Source: an uncultured Methanosarcinales archaeon
GTDB taxonomy: Archaea > Nanobdellota > Nanobdellia > Woesearchaeales > UBA10107
Assembly (NCBI GenBank): GCA_965231065.1
Contig: OZ246410.1
Coordinates: 487,886-511,885, forward strand
Direction of reading: 5' to 3'
DNA length: 24,000 nt
Below, piece after piece: positions 15,289 to 21,996 of this stretch (position 1 is its first letter; each line of letters starts with the position of its first letter). The notes under the pieces were generated by a model. The model saw nothing but the letters and a program-made list of their open reading frames with translations. It was not told where the DNA came from and did no database searches. The translations under genes and the position numbers were made by a program.

Positions 15289-15358
15289 AGAATAAATAGA
15301 AAGATATATAAAGGAGTGTTACTTCATAAGCAGTAGGGGTGGTTAAGAATTAACCTAT

Positions 15359-15490
15359 ATGAAACATCGAATATCAGTATCAATTAGTGAACCGATCTTG
15401 CTCAAGTTAAAAGAGAAGATGCGGAATGATCGCGTTAGCAATCAGTCCTTAATCGTAGAAAAAGCAGTAGAAAAATTCTTATTGAAATAA
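15359..15490 (+). CDS. Ribbon-helix-helix (CopG/Arc/MetJ-type) DNA-binding protein, 43 aa
   Basis: Below the ORF-track size cutoff. Manual translation gives MKHRISVSISEPILLKLKEKMRNDRVSNQSLIVEKAVEKFLLK. The basic N-terminal beta-strand (RISVSIS) followed by two short helices is the RHH pattern. Confidence 0.6.
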   Translation: MKHRISVSISEPILLKLKEKMRNDRVSNQSLIVEKAVEKFLLK

Positions 15491-15491
15491 A

Positions 15492-16553
15492 TTAATTCCC
15501 ATTGTGGTATCCATATCCTTCTTTGTAATAGACATCGATAAAGCTCACCAGTAATGACAATATCAGTGGTCCTACGATGATTCCAATAAGCCCCATCGAA
15601 TAGATGCCGCCGATAATTCCAACTAGTACACCCGCTGGGTGTAGATTTGTTCTTTTACCGATCAAGCCTGGCTTGATGATGTTATCGATGGTAGATATGA
15701 GGAATATTCCTAATAACAACAATATGACTCCTTTTCCTGTCTCTCCTGCGATGAACAAGCTGATAGATGCAGGTACCCAGATCAGAGGAGTACCGACAAT
15801 TGGCAGGAATGCGAAGAATGCCATCGCTAAACCAGCTAAGATTGGTGTGTGTAATCCTAACATGAAGAAGATGACGCCACCGAGGATACCCTGCACAATG
15901 GATGTTATCAGATTACCATAGAGTGTCGCTGAAGTGAAGTTTTCGAATTCATGGATGATGTGGTCTACATGGTGCGCTTTCAATGGAATTGATTTTTTCG
16001 CTTTCAGTATGAGCTGTGTTCCATCGAGAAGCATGTAGTAGATCAGGAAGAACATAACCACTAGATTGACAGCAACATTCGGCAGGTTCACAATCAATGA
16101 TGATGTCTGGTTGATAAGATACGATGAGAACTTACTGATGGCATCTTCGAGATAGAATTTAACCTGCGGATCCTTCAGGAATATGACGATTCTATTGCCA
16201 AACTCGCAGAATCTCTCTGGTTGAGCTTCACAATCGCGTACCATCAGCGTATCTGATGAAAGTTTCTGTTTTACCGTGATAAACAGACTATACCCTTCTT
16301 TAGTTAGTGAGTTGAGAACAAAATAAGTTGGTACGATTATGATTAGGATGAGCAGGAATACAACAAGGATTGCAGCAATCCTTTTCCTGTTTATTTTCTG
16401 TGCGATGTACCGATAGATAGGATAACCGAGATATGCCAGTATCGCGGAACCGACGATAACTCTTAGCAACGGCCATGCGATTATGAGGCTGAGAAGCATA
16501 AGTCCGAACAGGACAGCCATGAAGAAATTCTTTGAGAAGTTGTTATTTGCCAT
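15492..16553 (-). CDS. AI-2E family transporter (PerM/UPF0118)
   Basis: 353 aa and polytopic. The C-terminal region ...FAFLPIVGTPLIWVPASISLFIAGETGKGVILLLLGIFLISTIDNIIKP... matches the conserved AI-2E core. TATA lies 24 nt upstream (16577-16584). Confidence 0.85.
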   Translation of the reverse strand: MANNNFSKNFFMAVLFGLMLLSLIIAWPLLRVIVGSAILAYLGYPIYRYIAQKINRKRIAAILVVFLLILIIIVPTYFVLNSLTKEGYSLFITVKQKLSSDTLMVRDCEAQPERFCEFGNRIVIFLKDPQVKFYLEDAISKFSSYLINQTSSLIVNLPNVAVNLVVMFFLIYYMLLDGTQLILKAKKSIPLKAHHVDHIIHEFENFTSATLYGNLITSIVQGILGGVIFFMLGLHTPILAGLAMAFFAFLPIVGTPLIWVPASISLFIAGETGKGVILLLLGIFLISTIDNIIKPGLIGKRTNLHPAGVLVGIIGGIYSMGLIGIIVGPLILSLLVSFIDVYYKEGYGYHNGN

Positions 16554-16576
16554 TATGATAATTAAGGGATATTTGA

Positions 16577-16584
16577 TTTATAAA
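16577..16584 (-). promoter_or_regulatory. TATA box of the AI-2E transporter gene
   Basis: Palindromic TTTATAAA lies 24 nt from ATG 16553. Confidence 0.4.
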
Positions 16585-16602
16585 CTTATTGCTTATACGG
16601 CT

Positions 16603-17067
16603 TCATATCTGATTGAACTGGCTTCGTGTGTATTGGATCATCTGCAGTATGTACGCATACGTCTGATCGAAATTAGAAATACCCACCAGCCTCATCTTTG
16701 GTTCGATAACCAGTGTTCCGGTATTGAACAGTTTGTCGAACAACGCTTTCTTCTGCTTGATGTTCTGGATCGCGTTATACATGATATATTTTGGTTTTGG
16801 CCCTTCAATCTGGATTCGATTTGAATAGATTGCATACTGCATCTTCGATGTTTGTACATAGCTCAATAAGCCCTGTATGATGACTAATAAAAGCAATACT
16901 GAGATGATAAGAATGTTGATATTGATCGGTATCGATATCCCTAAAAGGAAGATATTGAGTGCGATACCGACATAGAATATGATCGCCAAAAAGAACGTGA
17001 TGACTAATTGAGATGCTACGATACGCATCACATTTGGTTTGATGATGTATGTCGGCAGATCAGCCAT
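16603..17067 (-). CDS. Membrane protein with bacterial-type PH (bPH_2/YdbS-like) domain
   Basis: Two N-terminal TM helices followed by YAIYSNRIQIEGPKPKYIMYNAIQNIKQKKALFDKLFNTGTLVIE, the membrane-flanked PH-like pattern. The start is set at ATG 17067 because the track ORF (to 17181) runs through tRNA-Val. Confidence 0.6.
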   Translation of the reverse strand: MADLPTYIIKPNVMRIVASQLVITFFLAIIFYVGIALNIFLLGISIPININILIISVLLLLVIIQGLLSYVQTSKMQYAIYSNRIQIEGPKPKYIMYNAIQNIKQKKALFDKLFNTGTLVIEPKMRLVGISNFDQTYAYILQMIQYTRSQFNQI

Positions 17068-17144
17068 GATTATGAAATGGACGAAGGGGATTCCCACGTC
17101 AGAACCTTCGGTTCCGACACCTCCGAGCACTGCGTGATTATGAA

Positions 17145-17217
17145 TGGACCGGAGGAGATTCGAACTCCCGACCTCAACCACGTCAAGGTTGCGTTATAGC
17201 CACTAAACTACCGGTCC
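17145..17217 (-). tRNA. tRNA-Val (anticodon GAC)
   Basis: Canonical 73-nt cloverleaf: GGACCGG-TA-GTTT-AGTGGCTA-TAAC-G-CAACC-TTGACGT-GGTTG-AGGTC-GGGAG-TTCGAAT-CTCCT-CCGGTCC-A. Confidence 0.9.
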
Positions 17218-17243
17218 GTTGAGAAAATAAGGTTTATATGTAT

Positions 17244-17255
17244 TTTATAAAGGTT
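17244..17255 (-). promoter_or_regulatory. BRE/TATA promoter of tRNA-Val
   Basis: The minus strand reads AACC-TTTATAAA. The TATA edge is 27 nt from tRNA position 1. It overlaps the stop codon of ORF 17254. Confidence 0.5.
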
Positions 17256-17751
17256 ATGCTCTGATCGCTTTGAGTTTCTTGATCGTTTCTTTACGTTCGT
17301 TCTGCATGATGCCGGTGATTTCATTAGTTTCTGTTGATTGAACCACTGATGTGGCGATCATTGCGCTTAATGCTCCTGTCAGCATGCCTCCTATAATGGA
17401 AGGCACTATCCAGATCGGCCGTGGATCGTTTGCTATATTTGTGTAGAGTATAGGTCCTGCGAACATTCCGCTTACAATGCCTGCAAATAATGCGATAGGT
17501 AATGTGCGTTCCATTTTATTCAGTCCTTCTTCAAAGGTATCTTTGTAGATGACTGATTTTATTTCAATAGAAGAGACGTATGCTCTGCAAATGTTCTCGA
17601 ATTCTTTTTGCTGTTCAGAAGTCAATGTTTTATATTCCGGATGATGCTGTTCTAATTTCTTGAAATAGTCATCGAGATGACTTCTGTCAATATCAGGATT
17701 GTGGAATGCTCCTCTGCTCAGAGAATCTGTGATTTCTGTTTCGAGGGACAT
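17254..17751 (-). CDS. Membrane protein (helical cytoplasmic N-domain plus two Gly-zipper TM helices), last gene of the surface-protein operon
   Basis: The track start at 17769 is a TTG. ATG 17751 is preceded by GAGG. TM segments are LPIALFAGIVSGMFAGPILY and IWIVPSIIGGMLTGALSAMIATSVV. It lies 18 nt downstream of the 1408-aa gene's stop. Confidence 0.55.
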   Translation of the reverse strand: MSLETEITDSLSRGAFHNPDIDRSHLDDYFKKLEQHHPEYKTLTSEQQKEFENICRAYVSSIEIKSVIYKDTFEEGLNKMERTLPIALFAGIVSGMFAGPILYTNIANDPRPIWIVPSIIGGMLTGALSAMIATSVVQSTETNEITGIMQNERKETIKKLKAIRA

Positions 17752-17769
17752 ATTTGCCTCAGTAAACAA

Positions 17770-20700
17770 CTAGACCCAGATCTTTCTGATTCCTAAGAAT
17801 AGTAAAAGACCAGCGACTAATGTAGCTGCTGACACACCGATACCGACCGGTACTGAAGCGTTTGGCGGCGGAGCTATCTCACCCATTACCTTGATGACAC
17901 CGTCTTTGATGCTTTCGGTGACTGGTATTGACGCTCCTGCTTTTGGTTCTTTTAATGTGAGCTTTAATTTCAATTGCGTCTGGGAATCTATATTGCTGTT
18001 GTAGATGATATCCTGCAATGAAACAGACAGTATCCTGTCCTTGATTGTGAATTCGAATGTATCATACTTGTATCCTGTTCTGATTTCATCAGTCGGACTG
18101 ATTCTCATAGTGACTTGATTTGAATCCTTCTTGACATCATCGATAACTAAGCTGTACGAAGTACCTTGGTATTCGAACATGATGGTGTCGATCCGTCTGA
18201 TGGTCTTTGTCCATGGATTCTCTGCGACATTCCATAAGTAATTGTTACTGTTGACTAAGAGAGTCTGATCTAATGTAGGTGTTGCGTCGCTTGTTATGAA
18301 TGATCCTCTGCTTGATCCGCCTGGGTTGCTTGCTGTAGCTGAAGAGACTGTGACTGATCTGCTTATGCTTGATACGAGATTAGTGCTGTCTGTTACGGTG
18401 TAGGTGACTGAATAGGTGTTTGCTGAAGTGTATGTATGGGAAGGATTCGTTGAAGTGTCAATAGGACTTCCATCACCGAAGTTCCAGCTTCGTGAGACAA
18501 TATCTGAATTCGGATCGCTTGATGCATCACTGAATGATACGTCAAGATAATTTGTATTGTAATTGAAACCAGCAACCGGTGGGTATGGAACCTGTGCAGG
18601 TCCTGTCACATTGACGCCGTTTGGTAATGTGATAGTTCCGCTTGTAAGATTTCCATTCACGATTGTCGCATTTGTCAATATCATATTTGATAATGTGGTA
18701 TTCATGACATTTGAGTTCGTTGCATTGACGTTTGTCAATGTTGAATCAGTTACTGTTGTATTGATGAGATTGCTGTTCGTGATATTTGAATTTGTTATGA
18801 CGCTTCCTGCAGTTATCGTTGAGTTACTGACTACACTTCCTGTGGTGACATTCGAATCAGTTACAGTGCTTCCGGATACTGTTGAGTCTGTTACGACTGC
18901 GTTCGTAGCATTGCTGCCGGTTACAGTAGAGCTTGTGATTGTTGATGTCATCACTGTGCTTCCATTTACTGTTGAAAGTGTTATTGAAGATCCTGAGACG
19001 TTTGAATTGTCTATTGTGTTATCTGTGACGTTAGTGTTGTTCATATTCACAGACGTAAGATTCGATCTGATTATTCTTGAGTATGTCGCGATTGAATTTT
19101 TTACATTTGAATCTGTTACATTTGAACCAGTTGTAGTGCTGTTGATCTTTGTAGATGGATCCCAGTACTCATTCAAACATGAACCATCATAGGCTGTATC
19201 AATGATGACGCAGTTGACGATAGTCGCTGCGTTTGTTATTGTTGATCTTAAGATTGTTGAGTTCGTCATGCTTATGCTGACATCTACCTGAGGAGAGTTG
19301 GTGACGGTTGATAGGTTATCAATCGCAACACTTGTCACGTCAGTAGATATATTTGATGGGAAGTATATTCCGTTGATTGTTGAGTTTAAGATGTTGAAAA
19401 CTGACGGTATTCCCGGATTCGCAGCTGTCGTGAATGTCAATGTTCCTGCAGTCGCGCAGTTGTTGCTGCCGTCGCATGAAGTGACATTGAAATTATACAA
19501 TGTATTTGCTGCGAGATTTACGAGCATGATTGAATGATTGAATACGTATGAACTGTCATTCTGGAATGTTCCCAGTGCTGAAGTCAGTCCGTAGTTTACC
19601 GTTGAATTCGCTGATTCATCAGTAGTCCAATTGATCGTTGCTGTTGAATTGGTGAAGTTGACAACCTGTATGTTTGAAATAGCAGGGGCAGTGACATCAT
19701 TGTTCTGCAATGTAGTCTGCGCATTTGTGATTGTGGTTGCGTTTACATTATTCGATGTGTCGAATGTCTGTACGCCGATGGTGTACAATGTGTTGTTTGT
19801 CAATCCTGATGCAGTGTATGAAGTATCGACTGCAGTGAGATTTACGACATTGACGCCATTGATGAATATGATTGTTCCGTTGAAGTCTACATTGACTGGA
19901 TTGATCCAGTTCCATGTGATTGATTGATTTGTTATTCCTGTTGCACTCAAGCTCGTGATGGTCGCTGGTGCTGTGGTGTCAGGTGGTACGATGCTGTTCG
20001 ATATTCCTTGTGTGCAGGTCTGGAATGTCCAGTCTGCTGGTGTATTGGTATCGACGCCATTTGGCATTCGTGCCTGGCAGTTATTGCTTGAAACAGATTC
20101 AGCTAATGTCGGTGTTTGATCGATTAGATTTGAATTATTGTCGTACAATGTTACGAATTCTCCTGCATTGTTTAAATTGATGACATTCGCTACATAGTAG
20201 CCATTTGCAGCAAGTATTGTGCTTGCAGGTACAGTGTGTCTTAATGTCGGTGAAGCGAGTCCATCCCATATCTGCCATCCGCTGATATCGACAGCAAATG
20301 CATTTGGATTGTATAATTCGACCCATTCGCTTCCTGCGACCGGGTTCTGTTCGAATTCATTTACGAGGATTGTGTTGATGACTGGTGCCGCATTGACTGT
20401 GATTGTCTGTAGCGTTGAATTGATGCTGCCATCTGAATCTGTCACAGACAGATTGACAGTATATGTTCCTGCGACTGCGTATGAGTGTGAAGTGACATTC
20501 TGTGTCACATAATCAATGACACCATCGTTATCCATGTCCCAGTTCCATGCGACGATTGAGTCAGGGAATGATGTTGAAAGATCAGTGAAATTGATTGGAT
20601 CATTTACCAAGACTGTTGTTGCTGAAGCTGAGAAATTCGCAGCAGGAGCAAGATCGTTTACGGTGATTGTGCTTGTTGAGATATTTGTGCTTCCATCGTC

Positions 20701-21996
20701 ATCAGTCACGGTAAGACTTACAGTGTACACGCCGTTGCTCATGTATGTGTGAGTAGGATTCTGTGTGGTATCCAATGGAGAACTGTCTCCGAAGTCCCAT
20801 GACCATGAGACGATCAGATCAGGGAATGATGTTGATGCGTCAGTAAATGTTACTGACTGTCCTTCATTGATTGTATTCGCTGATTGTGTAAAGCTTGAGA
20901 TAGGAGATAGATCGTTTACAGTAACTGAACTTGTAGTTGTATTAGTGCTGCCGTCATCATCGGTGACTGTTAATGTGACTGTATATGTTCCATTATCTAG
21001 ATATTGATGTGTCGGATTCTGAGTCGTTGCGGTGTTTCCATCGCCAAAGTCCCAGTTCCAAGCGACAAGTAAATCAGGAGCTGAGACAGATGTATCGGTG
21101 AAGACAACTGACTGCCCTTCATTTATGACTGCAAGATTTTGTGTGAAGCTTGCTGTCGGAGCAAGATCATTGACTGTGATTGTCTGTATGCTTGAATTTA
21201 CAGAACCATCATTGTCAGTGACTGATAGATTGATTGTGTATGTACCATTATCTAGGTATGTGTGAGTAGGATTCTGAACTGTGTAATCGATTGTTCCATC
21301 GTTATCGATGTCCCAATTCCATGCGACGATCGGATCGTAGCTTGTTGATGCGTCAGTCAGTGTTACTGCGACACCTTCATTCACTGGATTCGCTGAGATT
21401 CCAAAATTTGAGACTGGTGTTTGGTCGCCGATGACTGCTGTTGTCATCGCTGTTGCTGATGCGCCATAGGCGTCAGTCGCTGTCAATGATACGTTATACG
21501 TGCCATTCTGTGCGTAGAGATGAGTAGGATTCTGTATGTTTGCGGTATTGGTATCACCGAAGTTCCATGCGTATGAACTTATTGCGTCATTATCGATGTT
21601 GTCGACTGCAGTACCGGTGAATGCTACATTGGTTATTCCTTCGATGCCTGCGTATGGTCCATTTGCATTGACCGTAGGTGGTGCGTTCTGGATTGTGACT
21701 GTTGATTGTCCAAGAAGTACTGTTCCGGTGAATGCGTTTGGTGGCATGAACATCTTACATGTCCACGTGTCGAAATGTGTGGTTGCTGAATTAGGAATAC
21801 TATTAGATGTATATGACTTCTGTGCACCGTTCTGGAACCATTGATACAGATATGCATTTGCGTTTCCGCCGTTGCTGCAGACTAGATTCTGATCAGATAA
21901 TGGTGCTGAAGGTGCTATACTGACTGCTGCGAAAGCACTGACGCTAGATGTGAGTAAGAACAATACACTTAGTATTGCGATTAGTTTTGATTTCAT
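17770..21996 (-). CDS. Giant multi-domain cell-surface protein (PKD x6, lamin-tail domain, FN3 x2, pentapeptide-like beta-helix, C-terminal TM anchor)
   Basis: 1408 aa. Signal peptide MKSKLIAILSVLFLLTSSVSAFA. PKD signatures WNFGDG/WNWDFGDG...NPTH.Y...G.YTV.LTVTD.DGS occur at about aa 106-536 (five tandem) and 1136-1218. An LTD-like segment INTILVNEFEQNPVAGSEWVELYNPNAFAVDISGWQI spans aa 537-665. Two FN3-like modules span aa 672-858. An S/T/N-rich 5-residue periodic region spans aa 905-1125. The C-terminus is PVGIGVSAATLVAGLLLFLGIRKIWV. Confidence 0.9.
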   Translation of the reverse strand: MKSKLIAILSVLFLLTSSVSAFAAVSIAPSAPLSDQNLVCSNGGNANAYLYQWFQNGAQKSYTSNSIPNSATTHFDTWTCKMFMPPNAFTGTVLLGQSTVTIQNAPPTVNANGPYAGIEGITNVAFTGTAVDNIDNDAISSYAWNFGDTNTANIQNPTHLYAQNGTYNVSLTATDAYGASATAMTTAVIGDQTPVSNFGISANPVNEGVAVTLTDASTSYDPIVAWNWDIDNDGTIDYTVQNPTHTYLDNGTYTINLSVTDNDGSVNSSIQTITVNDLAPTASFTQNLAVINEGQSVVFTDTSVSAPDLLVAWNWDFGDGNTATTQNPTHQYLDNGTYTVTLTVTDDDGSTNTTTSSVTVNDLSPISSFTQSANTINEGQSVTFTDASTSFPDLIVSWSWDFGDSSPLDTTQNPTHTYMSNGVYTVSLTVTDDDGSTNISTSTITVNDLAPAANFSASATTVLVNDPINFTDLSTSFPDSIVAWNWDMDNDGVIDYVTQNVTSHSYAVAGTYTVNLSVTDSDGSINSTLQTITVNAAPVINTILVNEFEQNPVAGSEWVELYNPNAFAVDISGWQIWDGLASPTLRHTVPASTILAANGYYVANVINLNNAGEFVTLYDNNSNLIDQTPTLAESVSSNNCQARMPNGVDTNTPADWTFQTCTQGISNSIVPPDTTAPATITSLSATGITNQSITWNWINPVNVDFNGTIIFINGVNVVNLTAVDTSYTASGLTNNTLYTIGVQTFDTSNNVNATTITNAQTTLQNNDVTAPAISNIQVVNFTNSTATINWTTDESANSTVNYGLTSALGTFQNDSSYVFNHSIMLVNLAANTLYNFNVTSCDGSNNCATAGTLTFTTAANPGIPSVFNILNSTINGIYFPSNISTDVTSVAIDNLSTVTNSPQVDVSISMTNSTILRSTITNAATIVNCVIIDTAYDGSCLNEYWDPSTKINSTTTGSNVTDSNVKNSIATYSRIIRSNLTSVNMNNTNVTDNTIDNSNVSGSSITLSTVNGSTVMTSTITSSTVTGSNATNAVVTDSTVSGSTVTDSNVTTGSVVSNSTITAGSVITNSNITNSNLINTTVTDSTLTNVNATNSNVMNTTLSNMILTNATIVNGNLTSGTITLPNGVNVTGPAQVPYPPVAGFNYNTNYLDVSFSDASSDPNSDIVSRSWNFGDGSPIDTSTNPSHTYTSANTYSVTYTVTDSTNLVSSISRSVTVSSATASNPGGSSRGSFITSDATPTLDQTLLVNSNNYLWNVAENPWTKTIRRIDTIMFEYQGTSYSLVIDDVKKDSNQVTMRISPTDEIRTGYKYDTFEFTIKDRILSVSLQDIIYNSNIDSQTQLKLKLTLKEPKAGASIPVTESIKDGVIKVMGEIAPPPNASVPVGIGVSAATLVAGLLLFLGIRKIWV
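18622..19284 (-). repeat. Pentapeptide-like repeat region (about 40 units) inside the giant protein
   Basis: A strict 5-residue period is visible in TLSTV/NGSTV/MTSTI/TSSTV/TGSNA/TNAVV/TDSTV/SGSTV/TDSNV/TTGSV...NVNAT/NSNVM/NTTLS/NMILT/NATIV/NGNLT, with an aliphatic residue every fifth position. Confidence 0.6.
20389..21681 (-). repeat. Five tandem PKD-domain repeats (about 85 aa, or 255 nt, each)
   Basis: The units have recurring boundaries (NDLAP/NDLSP...TVNDL). Units 3 and 4 are about 70 percent identical by eye. Units 2 and 5 share a DNDG(T/V)IDY insertion. Confidence 0.8.

Noticed and set aside
14813-15490. Toxin-antitoxin pair made of the 129-aa protein and the RHH.
   Set aside because: The genes are 156 nt apart with separate promoter-like elements. 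The 129-aa protein shows no toxin motifs I can recognise (PIN, RelE, HEPN, Fic), and the RHH is followed by a convergent gene. It is kept only as a possible regulon, not called as TA.
17082-17134. Idea that the GC-rich insert downstream of tRNA-Val is a decayed copy of the tRNA-Val anticodon/T arm (shared TGACGTGG 8-mer), or a split-tRNA half.
   Set aside because: An 8-mer match between sequences of 53 nt and 73 nt is close to chance expectation by rough estimate. No T arm or acceptor strand can be folded. Only the flanking direct repeat is solid.
17068-17181. N-terminal 38-codon extension of the bPH-domain ORF (track start 17181).
   Set aside because: The extension overlaps tRNA-Val (17145-17217) on the same strand and contains the GC-rich repeat-flanked segment. 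The first TM helix begins right after the internal ATG at 17067.
18563-19192. A 209-aa plus-strand ORF rich in V/T/F/E.
   Set aside because: It is antisense to the pentapeptide-like repeat region. The periodic, stop-poor codon composition of the sense strand (AAY/ACN/AGY/GTN) automatically keeps the antisense frame open. It has no start context or promoter.
18622-19284. Diversity-generating retroelement target (an Asn-codon-rich variable region).
   Set aside because: There is no reverse transcriptase and no near-identical template repeat in the window. The Asn-rich region is long and internally periodic rather than a short C-terminal VR.
20516-21265. Three evenly spaced plus-strand ORFs of 77-80 aa with similar sequences (…SVTVRLTVYTPL…).
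   Set aside because: They mirror the tandem PKD repeats on the opposite strand, one antisense ORF per repeat unit. This is an artefact of the repeat, not a gene family.
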